From positions 37,850 to 101,849 of the forward strand of contig JADLBQ010000022.1 in the NCBI GenBank assembly GCA_020847635.1: a stretch of DNA of 64,000 nucleotides. Direction: 5' to 3'. Of the stretch, positions 51,405 to 61,577 are shown piece by piece (positions within the stretch are counted from its first letter, which is position 1; each line of letters starts with the position of its first letter). Position numbers and translations under genes: made by a program. This DNA is from Bacteroidia bacterium. GTDB taxonomy: Bacteria > Bacteroidota > Bacteroidia > AKYH767-A > OLB10. The notes beneath the pieces are model-generated. The model was not told the DNA's origin and ran no database searches. It saw only the letters and a program-made list of their open reading frames with translations.

Positions 51405-53129
51405 TCAGAATTCAATTCCGAATTGTTGCTGAAGTTTTTTCAGTGCCGGGTTTTTTTCAGCCATCTTGTTGAACTTTTCAGCAGCTGTGTAAGCTTCGTC
51501 TTCAGGTTCGTTAAGATCTTTAACTTTGAAAGTTAACTGGACAGAAAAATTATTCAGTGTTTTTCTGAGGAATTCCAACATGGCTGGTCTTTCAGCTTCA
51601 AACTCTTTTACAAGAGCTGAGTTGTCAAGTTCAAAAAGAATCATTGCCGGGTTATGCAAATCCGGTTTCCGCTTTCGGAGTGCAATTACCAGATTCATTC
51701 GTTGAGCATGATGGTAATTAGAAGTCATCGTCTCCCAGGCATCCGCTAATTCATTTGCTGAGAACTCATACTCAGGCAGTTTTTCTTTTGGAGGTTGGGC
51801 GGCTTTCTGATGTTCCTTTTTCCGGACTTTTAAGGAAGGGGTATGAATGGGAATCGTAACCAGGGTCGGAGTTGCAGCGGTTGCAGGAGCTGACTTTAAA
51901 GTTGTATTGGGCTGAGGCAATTCAGGTTTCGATAGTTGTGAAATTACAGGTTTGTTCTGCGGTTTTACCAAAGATGCAGGTGCAGCAACAGGGCGATTCA
52001 GATGCTCCAGGTCAGGATTTTTTTTTTCGGTGGTATTAACAATCTCATTGCAAAGTTGCATTAAGGTGATTTCTACATGCAACTTCTGGTTCTTAGCAGT
52101 TCGAAATGACAGATCTGCCCGGTGAATCAGTTCCAGTAGCCTGAAAATCTGATCAGCCATTATGTCAGCAGCCTGAACCTTATATTTATTCCGGAAAATC
52201 TCACTTACTTCAAGTAACTGAACAGTAGCCTGATCCTTACATACAAGTAAATCTCTGAAATGATTGCTTAATCCATTCAGGAATTGATGGCCATCAAATC
52301 CTTTAGCAAGCAGTTCATTAAAAGTCAGCAGGCATTCTGCTATATTGCCGGCAAGAACCGAATCGGTTATGTTGAAAAAATAGTCATAGTCCAGAATATT
52401 CAGGTTGATGATAACATCCTGGTAAGTAACTTTTTTTCCAGAGAACGAAACAATCTGGTCAAAGACAGATAATGCATCTCGCATCGCACCATCCGCTTTC
52501 TGGGCTATAAGATGAAGTGCATCAGCATCTGCTTCAATTCCTTCTTTTGAGGCAATGTAAGCCAGCTGAGTAGCTATATCCTGAATCCGGATCCGGTTGA
52601 AATCAAAAATCTGGCAGCGGGATAAAATGGTTGGCAGGATTTTATGCTTTTCAGTTGTTGCCAGTATAAATATTGCATAGGAAGGAGGTTCTTCAAGTGT
52701 TTTTAGAAATGCATTGAAAGCACTCTGTGAGAGCATGTGAACTTCATCAATAATATAGATTTTATATTTCCCGGTCTGGGGTGCATAGCGAACCTGTTCG
52801 TTCAGGCTGCGGATATCATCAACGGTATTGTTTGATGCAGCATCAAGTTCAAAAATATTGAGTGACTGACTGTTGTTAAATGTTTCACACGATTCGCAAC
52901 TGTTGCATGCTTCGCAATCAGCGGTCAGGTTTGTACAGTTGATTGTCTTAGCCAGAATTCGGGCACAGGTTGTTTTTCCAACCCCTCTGGGTCCGCAGAA
53001 TAAGAAGGCCTGAGCCAGATGTTTATGACTGATAGCGTTTTTCAGAGTAGAGGTAATATGTTGCTGGCCTACTACCATACTAAAGGAGGATGGCCGATAC
53101 TTTCGTGCTGAAACAATAAAATCACTCAT
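51405..53129 (-). CDS. dnaX: DNA polymerase III subunit gamma/tau
   Basis: 574 aa with an AAA+ 'GPRGVGKTT' motif, a zinc module ('CEACNSCESC') and a tau-like C-terminus. Confidence 0.9.
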   Translation of the reverse strand: MSDFIVSARKYRPSSFSMVVGQQHITSTLKNAISHKHLAQAFLFCGPRGVGKTTCARILAKTINCTNLTADCEACNSCESCETFNNSQSLNIFELDAASNNTVDDIRSLNEQVRYAPQTGKYKIYIIDEVHMLSQSAFNAFLKTLEEPPSYAIFILATTEKHKILPTILSRCQIFDFNRIRIQDIATQLAYIASKEGIEADADALHLIAQKADGAMRDALSVFDQIVSFSGKKVTYQDVIINLNILDYDYFFNITDSVLAGNIAECLLTFNELLAKGFDGHQFLNGLSNHFRDLLVCKDQATVQLLEVSEIFRNKYKVQAADIMADQIFRLLELIHRADLSFRTAKNQKLHVEITLMQLCNEIVNTTEKKNPDLEHLNRPVAAPASLVKPQNKPVISQLSKPELPQPNTTLKSAPATAATPTLVTIPIHTPSLKVRKKEHQKAAQPPKEKLPEYEFSANELADAWETMTSNYHHAQRMNLVIALRKRKPDLHNPAMILFELDNSALVKEFEAERPAMLEFLRKTLNNFSVQLTFKVKDLNEPEDEAYTAAEKFNKMAEKNPALKKLQQQFGIEF

Positions 53130-53326
53130 AAATTCAAATCAGTATGGGTTGTAAACCTAATGGATTGAATCCTGATTTCCGACCAGTGTTGAAAAGTTGA
53201 TTTTGCATATCTCCGTTCAGGTATCACTCACAAACTATACGACAAAAATATGACATGAAATTATTTACCGAGTAGTTCGTCCTTGTTTTATATACTCTTC
53301 ACCCAAAAATTGACTGGTTCCTGCTA

Positions 53327-53626
53327 ATGGATATTATTATGCCCGTACAGGAATACTCAATTAGAAAAAACAACATGGTAGCATTCGATAAATTTGGAAA
53401 GCTCAGTTTGGAAGAAAAAGCCTGGTATTTGTGGAATGGCGGCTCTTTTCTGATGGCAAATGAAGACGGACAGTTTCGTTACAATTTATTTCGCATCAAT
53501 AATTTTTATGTTGAACTGATTTATAATCTGGAAACCGAGGAGATTGATAAAATCAGGGCATTTTTCTCAGAATCATTTCTGACTCCTTATCTTGCTTCAA
53601 TTGATATTGATGAACTTTTAAAATAA
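53327..53626 (+). CDS. Hypothetical small protein
   Basis: 99-aa ORF. Its only support is that it is followed by a hairpin. Confidence 0.3.
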   Translation: MDIIMPVQEYSIRKNNMVAFDKFGKLSLEEKAWYLWNGGSFLMANEDGQFRYNLFRINNFYVELIYNLETEEIDKIRAFFSESFLTPYLASIDIDELLK

Positions 53627-53645
53627 ATCATCTGTTGTATGTTTA

Positions 53646-53676
53646 TCAAACCGGGCAATAGAGTCCGGTTTTTTTA
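53646..53676. terminator. Bidirectional rho-independent terminator between convergent genes
   Basis: Stem AAACCGG/CCGGTTT with a 10-nt loop, flanked by an A-run and a T-run. The stop codon of the minus-strand 53674 gene overlaps the T-run. Confidence 0.45.
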
Positions 53677-55134
53677 TTTCCGGACAGCAACTCCGTAGGG
53701 ATCAACTGAAAGTTCAGGTTTGAATGCGGGTTTAAGCTGAAGGGTATTGAGGTCAACGGCAACCAGGTATCCGTTTCGGCCGCCACAATTTGAAATATGA
53801 TGGGGAGGAGGACCTCCGGTTGTTCCCGTATTCCGGCAGGCAACGTAAAGTAGTTCTTTACTTTCATCTACATCTAACCCATGTGGTTCATAACCGACAA
53901 ATAAATCTTTAATTTTGGTTTTAGTCTGGTAATTGATAATGGTTACAGTATTCCCCTGCATGTTTGAAACAAAAAGCAGTTTTTTTGATTTTGACACTGT
54001 CATTTCCTGGGGGTATAATCCGGTTGGAATGGAAGCCAGATACTGATCGGTAAGTGCATCAAAAATTTTAACATCCTGAGAGCCGCTGCAGGTAACAAAG
54101 AAGACATCTCCGTCTGGTGAAAATTCAATTTCATGAGGTTTAGCAATACCGGGAGTCGGAAAATTTATAAAGTGCCCATCAGGTGGAAATGAAGAGATAT
54201 CCATCTTATACAGGGCATTGCCCAGTTGCTGAGTAATGTAAAGAAACTGACCGTTTGGACTAATCGCTGATCCATGCGGGTTATTAAAAACTCCGGGATC
54301 GGGATTAAATGGATTAATCGTGTATTGCGGATCAAGTACCATATTATCACAATCTACAACAGCAATTCTTCCTGGAGAGTTGAAATCAATGAGATAGACA
54401 TAACGGGAGTCGGGGGTAAATGAAAATGTATTCCAGCTTCCATAAGTAATATAAACCTGTCCCATAAATTGATCATCACTTGCTCTGAATTTCTGAAAAT
54501 ACCCATTTTTTATAAATGCAATGTAATAGTATAGGCCATCAGGTGAGAATTTAATAAAGTGTGGATTTTCGATTTCATCAGGATCAGTTCCGATTTCTAT
54601 GGAACGCATGATTACTTGCCGGCTGGCATCAAAAACATAGAGCAGGTCACAACCCTGGTTAATAACATAAAATTTTGCACGATCCGGATTATCTGTCAGC
54701 CGCCTGCTATTGCAATCAGGAGCCCCGTTATTGATCCAATCAATGATGGTCATAACTTCCTCGGATGATAATAGATCAGGTTTGTCCGGGTTATAAGGAT
54801 TGTAAGGCATCGTAGGTAGCTGAGGAGTACCTAAAGACGAATCAGTGATAATGAAGTTAATCAGGAAACTTTGCCCCGAAGCGTAAGGGATTACCGCTGA
54901 TCCTCCTGATGCACCGTTAAATAATGCATCCCATGTACTCAGATCAAAATTAGCAGCCGAGTATTTACTTGCTGGATTGTGACATCCTGCTGTTGCACAT
55001 TTTGTAATAAAGATTTTTCCGACACTGTCTGGATAACCCGAACTGGCACAAAAATCTTGATTCAATTCGGCTGTTTCCCATGTACATGATGAGAAAAGAG
55101 CTAAAGCAATAACAATAAAAGAAAACCTGAACAT
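53674..55134 (-). CDS. Lipoprotein with YVTN/YncE-like beta-propeller repeats and an N-terminal CX4CH motif
   Basis: 486 aa with a lipoprotein-like signal ('LFSSCTW'), the sequence 'KCATAGCHN', and repeated 'FSPDG..Y' blades. Confidence 0.5.
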   Translation of the reverse strand: MFRFSFIVIALALFSSCTWETAELNQDFCASSGYPDSVGKIFITKCATAGCHNPASKYSAANFDLSTWDALFNGASGGSAVIPYASGQSFLINFIITDSSLGTPQLPTMPYNPYNPDKPDLLSSEEVMTIIDWINNGAPDCNSRRLTDNPDRAKFYVINQGCDLLYVFDASRQVIMRSIEIGTDPDEIENPHFIKFSPDGLYYYIAFIKNGYFQKFRASDDQFMGQVYITYGSWNTFSFTPDSRYVYLIDFNSPGRIAVVDCDNMVLDPQYTINPFNPDPGVFNNPHGSAISPNGQFLYITQQLGNALYKMDISSFPPDGHFINFPTPGIAKPHEIEFSPDGDVFFVTCSGSQDVKIFDALTDQYLASIPTGLYPQEMTVSKSKKLLFVSNMQGNTVTIINYQTKTKIKDLFVGYEPHGLDVDESKELLYVACRNTGTTGGPPPHHISNCGGRNGYLVAVDLNTLQLKPAFKPELSVDPYGVAVRK

Positions 55135-55139
55135 GATGG

Positions 55140-57419
55140 TTAACGGGTAAGAATAAACCGTTGATTGCTATTAATCTTGTTCCCGATAATTCTGCATATA
55201 TACATACCGCTGCTCCATTTACTTACATCAACAGTAGAGGTACGGTAATTGTTTGACTCTGAGTAAACCAGTCTTCCGGTAAGGTCTGTTATTTCAATTC
55301 GCTTTTCAATATTCTCAATTTCGTTATCTAACATAATGCTGATCTGTGTTGATGCAGGATTTGGGAATAGGATAAAAGCTTTTTTACCAGGCTGAAGTTC
55401 ATTGACAGAAACCGGTCCGTTTGAATACCATTTTACCCCTCCTGCATAATTACCAATCACAAGATCAAAATAACCATCATTATCAATATCAGCTCCAGAA
55501 ACAGTCGAACGGATAGGTTCCCTCAGAAACATTGAGTCCACAAGATTGAAGGTTCCATTAAGGTTTCCGTCAATATTGTCATACTTATAAATATAACCAC
55601 TTAAAGAGCCACAGTAAAGCTCATAATTACCATTATCATCATGAAAGAATGGAGCAGAATAGCCATAGAAATCAAATGCAGGTTTAACTGTGCTGACATT
55701 TCCTAATGTCTGAGTGATAAGTGTAAATGAGTAAGATGTGAGGGTTCCGGTATTTTCAAAATAATTCAGGTTACCTATACGCTCTCCGATAATTAGATCA
55801 AGTTTGCCATCACGGTTCAGGTCAACAAGTATAGGAGTTGGGTAGGCACCCATATTAATGGGAGTTCCTGAAGAATTCTGAATATGAGCCTGAGCAAGAA
55901 TGAAATTGGGAGGATTGCCGGCACCTGCAGTATTTTCGTAATAATTCAGATAGCCATCAGAACCTGCAACAATCATATCGGGATCGCCATCATTGTCAAG
56001 ATCACCAAATGCAGGATAAGCACCAAAAATACCTACCTGGCTGAAGGCGGCAAGATCATCATCAGCCAGCGTAAATTGAGGTTGAGTGGACGTTCCGGTG
56101 TTTTTATACCATGAGATTTTTGTGTTATCCGGACTGTTTTGATAAACGTAGGCGAAGTTCCCGATCACCAGGTCTTGTAATCCGTCACCATCAAGATCAG
56201 CCACAGTAACATTAGCACCTGAGCCAACATCAATCATCTCATTTACAAAAAGGCTGTCGCCCTGATAGGCAAAAACAGGGAGTGCCCCTGAACCGGTATT
56301 TTTATAATAAAGAATATTTTTAATATTCACCGTTCCATTATAGGTACAAGGTGTTACTAAAAAATCTCTAAGCCCATCATTATTCACATCCATGAAATAG
56401 GGGCCTGGAAAAGTTTTCAGATCTGCTGGAACTGAGTTAACCGGGAAAAGCGAGTCCTGAGCTGTAATATGAGCAGAATCGGGAGTTCCGCCATTGTACA
56501 TGGCAAGTAAAGTGTTGCCAAGGATATCACCATTAACGACATCTTTTACACCATCACCGTTAAGATCAAAGGCAACCATACAAGAACCGTTATGCAATTG
56601 AGTATTAAGCATGGAGTCAGTTCGGTTTCTCATAGATTCATAATAAGCCTGACCTGAACCTGCTGGTTTATGCGGTCCATCGGTACATCCGAGGTTGATG
56701 TTGTGGCAGTCAATAATGGCTGAATTACTGAAAGCGCTCAGACAGGCCAATCCCCAACAGGATTTCTCAAGAATATAAACAAGGGTATCGCAACGACCGT
56801 AATTTTCCATTGCATAATTACGATGAAGTTCTATGTTGTTTGCGGATAAAGAGACGGTGAGTATATCCAGGTCACCATCACCGTCTATATCAATTAGTGC
56901 CGGCTGGTTTACACTTGCTACAAACAGGTTGGCCGGGAAACCCCAGTAATCCGAGTAAACCAGCGAAATGTACAGTGAGAAACTAAGGCCCTGTCCCGGA
57001 GTAAAATCATTGTGATAAACTGAAAAGCCACCATTGTAATTATAAGTGAAGATATCTTCTTGTCCATCACAATCATAATCAACCAGCAGCACCCAATCAT
57101 GCATATTGGAAGGGAACTTGCTTTCGTATTCAGGAGCATAATGGTAATCAACCAAGTTGGGGGTTCCATGATTAATGTAGGTTGTCCAGCGATGAAAGCC
57201 TGTTGATTGTGTTTTTTCAAAAATGAACAGGTCTTTTATTCCATCTCCATTCAGGTCAATTTCCTGGATAATGGGGGCATCAAGGCCACCAGTCCACGGA
57301 TTAAGCAGCTGTTTGTTATTTTGAAATACCGGAATGGTAATATAAGGCTTGTAAACCTGGCCCTGAACAAACAGGGTCATAACAGGGAGGATAATAGCTG
57401 TTAGAAATGTAGATCTCAT
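55140..57419 (-). CDS. FG-GAP/VCBS-repeat T9SS cargo protein
   Basis: 759 aa with a signal peptide and many 'DxDGDGxxD' repeats (FG-GAP type). The C-terminus is a T9SS type-A sorting domain. Confidence 0.65.
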   Translation of the reverse strand: MRSTFLTAIILPVMTLFVQGQVYKPYITIPVFQNNKQLLNPWTGGLDAPIIQEIDLNGDGIKDLFIFEKTQSTGFHRWTTYINHGTPNLVDYHYAPEYESKFPSNMHDWVLLVDYDCDGQEDIFTYNYNGGFSVYHNDFTPGQGLSFSLYISLVYSDYWGFPANLFVASVNQPALIDIDGDGDLDILTVSLSANNIELHRNYAMENYGRCDTLVYILEKSCWGLACLSAFSNSAIIDCHNINLGCTDGPHKPAGSGQAYYESMRNRTDSMLNTQLHNGSCMVAFDLNGDGVKDVVNGDILGNTLLAMYNGGTPDSAHITAQDSLFPVNSVPADLKTFPGPYFMDVNNDGLRDFLVTPCTYNGTVNIKNILYYKNTGSGALPVFAYQGDSLFVNEMIDVGSGANVTVADLDGDGLQDLVIGNFAYVYQNSPDNTKISWYKNTGTSTQPQFTLADDDLAAFSQVGIFGAYPAFGDLDNDGDPDMIVAGSDGYLNYYENTAGAGNPPNFILAQAHIQNSSGTPINMGAYPTPILVDLNRDGKLDLIIGERIGNLNYFENTGTLTSYSFTLITQTLGNVSTVKPAFDFYGYSAPFFHDDNGNYELYCGSLSGYIYKYDNIDGNLNGTFNLVDSMFLREPIRSTVSGADIDNDGYFDLVIGNYAGGVKWYSNGPVSVNELQPGKKAFILFPNPASTQISIMLDNEIENIEKRIEITDLTGRLVYSESNNYRTSTVDVSKWSSGMYICRIIGNKINSNQRFILTR

Positions 57420-57485
57420 ATTTAGAATTTTGATGAAAATCTGATGATCAACGGACTTATATAAAACAGTGACTTTAAGAAGGAA

Positions 57486-58670
57486 CTAAGAATAGCTAAA
57501 ATTACCGTTTTCTGTCAGAACGTGAAGCTGATTTTGAGATGACTTTTCAACCCTTCCAATCAGCCTGCTGTCAATTCCGAACGTGCGAGCTTCGGCTATC
57601 ATCGAATCAGCATATTGTTCAGAAGTATAAATTTCAAGCCGGTGTCCCATATTAAAGACGGAATACATTTCTTTCCAGCTGGTTTCTGATTCCTGACGTA
57701 TTAATTCAAAAACTGGCGGAACGGGGAATAAATTATTCTTAATAATTTTCAGTTTGTTGGTAAAATGCAGCACCTTGGTTTGTCCTCCACCACTGCAATG
57801 AATCATCCCGTGAATGTGATGCCTGTGTTTTTTGAAGATCTCATTAACCAGGGGCAGGTAGGTTCGTGTTGGTGAAAGCAGTAGTTTACCGATGGTAGTC
57901 TGGATCTTCTTGCCGTTGTGGTAGATTGTGATGGGTTCAGTCAGTTTTCTGCTTCCCGAGTAGGTTAGCCCTGCCGGAATAGCGGGATCAAACGATTGCG
58001 GATATTTTTTTTTAAGGTATTTGTGCAGAACATCATGGCGGGCAGAGGTTAGTCCGTTACTACCAATTCCGCTGTTGTATTCTTTTTCATAACGAGCCTT
58101 ACCAAAGGATGCAAATCCAACAATCACATCTCCTGACCGGATCCGGCTGTTGTCAATAACCTCTTTACGTTTCATACGGCATACAACGGTTGAATCTACA
58201 ATTAGGGTACGAACCAGGTCCCCAACGTCAGCTGTCTCCCCACCGGTTGAGTGCATGCTGAATCCCCACTTTTTGAAATCCTTGATTAAGGATTCAGTTC
58301 CACTAATAATAGCTCCAATCACTTCACCGGGAATCAGATTTTTATTTCTGCCGATTGTTGATGATATCAGAAAATCCTGAGTGGCACCTGCACACATTAG
58401 GTCATCGGTATTCATCACCAAAGCATCCTGAGCAATTCCTTTCCAAATGGAAAAATCACCGGTTTCTTTCCAATACATGTAGGCCAAAGCTGATTTTGTA
58501 CCGGCTCCATCGGCATGCATAACCAGGCAATACTGCGGATCTCTTGTCAGATAATCAGGAATGATCTTACAAAATGCTTTTGGGAAGATGCCTTTATCTA
58601 ATTTTTTAATGGCCCGGTGAACTTCCTCTTTTTTTGAAGAAACTCCTCTTTTGGCATAGCGGTTACTCAT
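57486..58670 (-). CDS. AIR synthase-related protein (PurM-like, Bacteroidota form)
   Basis: 394 aa. The N-terminus 'RGVSSKKEEVHRAIKKLDKGIFPKAFCKIIPDY...MHADGAGTKS' is as in the Bacteroidota proteins annotated as phosphoribosylformylglycinamidine cyclo-ligase. Confidence 0.65.
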   Translation of the reverse strand: MSNRYAKRGVSSKKEEVHRAIKKLDKGIFPKAFCKIIPDYLTRDPQYCLVMHADGAGTKSALAYMYWKETGDFSIWKGIAQDALVMNTDDLMCAGATQDFLISSTIGRNKNLIPGEVIGAIISGTESLIKDFKKWGFSMHSTGGETADVGDLVRTLIVDSTVVCRMKRKEVIDNSRIRSGDVIVGFASFGKARYEKEYNSGIGSNGLTSARHDVLHKYLKKKYPQSFDPAIPAGLTYSGSRKLTEPITIYHNGKKIQTTIGKLLLSPTRTYLPLVNEIFKKHRHHIHGMIHCSGGGQTKVLHFTNKLKIIKNNLFPVPPVFELIRQESETSWKEMYSVFNMGHRLEIYTSEQYADSMIAEARTFGIDSRLIGRVEKSSQNQLHVLTENGNFSYS

Positions 58671-58748
58671 AATTCAGGATTGCAAACATGGTAAATAAAA
58701 AACTCCCGTCAGGTTGCTGACGGGAGTTTCTTTTAAAGCAAAATCTAT

Positions 58749-60722
58749 TTATTGTTTCTTTACTGGGACATAATCTGTTCTTAAAACCTCAAATTCAGTT
58801 CTTCGGTTATACTGGTGTGCTTTTTCCTTTAAATCATTATTTGGAAGAGCATCAATGAATGCAGGTGTAAGTATATCGCCACGTTTAAAAGGTAAATATT
58901 CCTCATCATTTTCAACTTCTTTAGGTGTGGTTTCACCTTTACCTTCACTGCTGAGCCGGTCGGCTGGGATTCCGTTTTTAATCAGGTAATCAACAACTGA
59001 TTTTGCCCGCCTGTTCGACAAGTCAATATTATAGGCATCACTTGCACGGTAGTCGGTATGAGCTGTAAGTTTAATGGTAATAGTTGGATTCTCATTAAGA
59101 ACTGTAATCAAACCATCCAGTGCTTTCTTGGATTCCGGACGCAGGGTTGCTTTGTCAAGATCGTAGAAGATTTCAGGAAGAGTAATCGGTTTTGCAGTAC
59201 TCTTTAAGGGGAAGTCAAAATTTTCTTCAAAATCTTCTGAGTCGTCAAGCCCAACAGTTGAAACTTCAGCAAACTTGGTCAGATAACCGGTATAAGAAGC
59301 TGAAATCTTATATTTCACATTCCCCTTAAGCTGGTACCGATAGGTTCCGGCTGCTTCTGTTTTAACACTGAGTGCAGTTCCGTCAGAACCAAATAATTCA
59401 ACGGTAGCACCGCTTATACTTTCTTTAGTATCGGTATCATAAACCCGGCCATAAACGGCAAAGTTTGGAGGAGGCATGATAAATGAATAAATATCGTCAC
59501 TTCCCAATCCGCCTTCCCGATTAGATGAAAAATATCCTGAAGTAGCCTCAGTGAATATGATACCAAAATCATCAGCCGGTGAATTGATAGGTGATTTCAG
59601 ATTAGTGACTATCCAGTTTCCGTTTTCTTCAATGGCTGAGAATATATCTAAACCACCCATTCCGGGATGACCATTTGACGAGAAATACAATTTTCCGTTT
59701 GAATGGATATAGGCAAACATTTCATCGCCTTCTGTGTTAATAGCCGGGCCCATGTTGACAGGTGCTCCCCAGTTAGTATTGGCTTCATCCCATTTCATCA
59801 TATACAGGTCTTTTCCTCCTTTCCCGCCAGGCATGTCACTCGAAAAATAAAGTGTTTTTCCATCTTCTGCAAGGCACGGATGACCGACTGAATATTCATC
59901 AGAGTTAATAGCTAAGCCTTCCGGTTCGCTCCAGCCTTTGTCGCCATAAGTTGTTTTAAAAATTTTACAATAACCCATTGAATTCTTTTTTTCGTCACAG
60001 CGGGTGAAATACATTGTCTTTCCGGAAGCATCAAAAGTTGCTGCGCCTTCGCTGGAAACAGAATTGACCGGACCGGTAACTGGAATGGGAGTGCTCCATT
60101 TCCCGTTATTGTCTAGTTCAGCACTGTAAAGATCAAAGAATTTCTGACCATACCATCCGTCATTTTTTGTTCCGGCAGAGGCTTCACGAGATGAAGTCAG
60201 CAGGATTCCGTTTTTTGCAGCAGGATTTTTGGCTACTGCAAAATCAAAATACTTGGTATTCAGGGCAGCTACATTTTCAACAGTAAAACGGGTTGGTTTA
60301 TCTTTCCATGCTTGGGCTTGTTCGGAAGAAGCAATGGCTGCATCTGCCTTCGGGTCACCCGGATTGGCTGTTTTGTATTCATTATATCGGGCAATGGCTT
60401 CATCATATTTCCCATTCATTTTTAATGCGTTGGCAAATGCATAAATGTTTTCAGGAGTTTTGTTTCCATTGTTATATGATTTTTCATACCAGTTGGCTGA
60501 TTCTTTCGCATCGCTTTGCATCCGGTAGCATTCGCCTATTTTGAAAGATGTGGCTGCTTTGTCTTCTTTCTTAGACTGTTTTGCATATGCCTTTTTGTAA
60601 AGTTCCATTGCATTGTTATACATTCCCCGGTTGTATAACCCGTCTGCTTTCTGAATCATTTGCTTGGTACATCCCGAAAGTAAGACAGCAAACACAACGG
60701 CAACTAAAAGATTCTTCTTCAT
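58749..60722 (-). CDS. OmpA-family lipoprotein with N-terminal TPR and PD40 (TolB-like) beta-propeller repeats
   Basis: The C-terminal OmpA domain is 'TAHTDYRASDAYNIDLSNRRAKSVVDYL'. The true start is probably 'MKKNLLVAVVFAVLLSGC' at 60722, because an rpmA terminator lies at 60841-60863. Confidence 0.7.
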   Translation of the reverse strand: MKKNLLVAVVFAVLLSGCTKQMIQKADGLYNRGMYNNAMELYKKAYAKQSKKEDKAATSFKIGECYRMQSDAKESANWYEKSYNNGNKTPENIYAFANALKMNGKYDEAIARYNEYKTANPGDPKADAAIASSEQAQAWKDKPTRFTVENVAALNTKYFDFAVAKNPAAKNGILLTSSREASAGTKNDGWYGQKFFDLYSAELDNNGKWSTPIPVTGPVNSVSSEGAATFDASGKTMYFTRCDEKKNSMGYCKIFKTTYGDKGWSEPEGLAINSDEYSVGHPCLAEDGKTLYFSSDMPGGKGGKDLYMMKWDEANTNWGAPVNMGPAINTEGDEMFAYIHSNGKLYFSSNGHPGMGGLDIFSAIEENGNWIVTNLKSPINSPADDFGIIFTEATSGYFSSNREGGLGSDDIYSFIMPPPNFAVYGRVYDTDTKESISGATVELFGSDGTALSVKTEAAGTYRYQLKGNVKYKISASYTGYLTKFAEVSTVGLDDSEDFEENFDFPLKSTAKPITLPEIFYDLDKATLRPESKKALDGLITVLNENPTITIKLTAHTDYRASDAYNIDLSNRRAKSVVDYLIKNGIPADRLSSEGKGETTPKEVENDEEYLPFKRGDILTPAFIDALPNNDLKEKAHQYNRRTEFEVLRTDYVPVKKQ

Positions 60723-60833
60723 AAATATTTTTTTCGAATAAAGCTGGTTATTGAGATTAAATAAGGTGGACAAAGGAAAAAAGAATTTTATCAATATCAA
60801 AAAGTTAATTCTTATTAATAAAGCATCCCACAA

Positions 60834-60863
60834 CAAAAAAACCGGCCTAATGACCGGTTTTTA
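60834..60863 (-). terminator. Rho-independent terminator of the rplU-rpmA operon
   Basis: Stem ACCGG/CCGGT with an 8-nt loop, followed by T7 on the minus strand, 15 bp after the rpmA stop. Confidence 0.55.
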
Positions 60864-60877
60864 TAGCTTCAAATGCT

Positions 60878-61135
60878 TCATGCCTGAGGCATGACAGATA
60901 CGTATGATTTGTTGTTGGCCTTCTTAATAAAAATAACCTTGCCTTCACGCAGTGCAAAAAGGGTATGGTCTTTACCTATGCCCACACCGTCACCTGGATG
61001 ATGCTGAGTTCCGCGTTGCCTGACAATAATATTACCGGCAATCGCATGCTGGCCACCAAATAGTTTAATACCTAGTCGTTTACTATGTGATTCACGTCCG
61101 TTTTTTGAACTACCAACTCCTTTTTTGTGTGCCAT
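60878..61135 (-). CDS. rpmA: 50S ribosomal protein L27
   Basis: 85 aa starting '[22 protein letters not shown]'. Confidence 0.9.
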   Translation of the reverse strand: MAHKKGVGSSKNGRESHSKRLGIKLFGGQHAIAGNIIVRQRGTQHHPGDGVGIGKDHTLFALREGKVIFIKKANNKSYVSVMPQA

Positions 61136-61148
61136 GACTTTTTATGAT

Positions 61149-61460
61149 TTAAGCTTTTATAGATTCAATTTGTATTCTTGAGAACTGTTGCCGGTGACCA
61201 TTCATTTTCTGATAGGCTTTTCTTCTCTTCTTCTTGAATACCAGCACCTTATCTCCTTTTATGTGACTAATAATCTTAGCTGAAACAGAAGCTCCTGATA
61301 CGACTGGTTTTCCTACCTTAATTGAACCGTTGTTATTTACCAGCATTACCTTTTCGAAATTAATGTTATCTCCTTCATTGCCGGGCTGACGATGAACATA
61401 AAGTAATTGCTTCTCAGTAACCTTAAACTGCTGACCCGCAATTTCAACTATTGCATACAT
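61149..61460 (-). CDS. rplU: 50S ribosomal protein L21
   Basis: 103 aa starting 'MYAIVEIAGQQFKV', 13 bp upstream of rpmA. Confidence 0.9.
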   Translation of the reverse strand: MYAIVEIAGQQFKVTEKQLLYVHRQPGNEGDNINFEKVMLVNNNGSIKVGKPVVSGASVSAKIISHIKGDKVLVFKKKRRKAYQKMNGHRQQFSRIQIESIKA

Positions 61461-61577
61461 GACTTTAAATTTTTTAGGGCTGCAAGTATAGTCATTTTAT
61501 ATTAATTTACAAGTAATTCCTGAGTGGGGATTAACTCATTATTCTGCTACCAGCAAGAATGGCCTTGATGAAAATGA

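Noticed and set aside
53674-55134. Calling the beta-propeller protein a c-type cytochrome
   Set aside because: The motif is CX4CH (C-ATAG-C-H), not CXXCH. Without conservation data a heme-binding assignment is not justified, so I kept it as an observation only.
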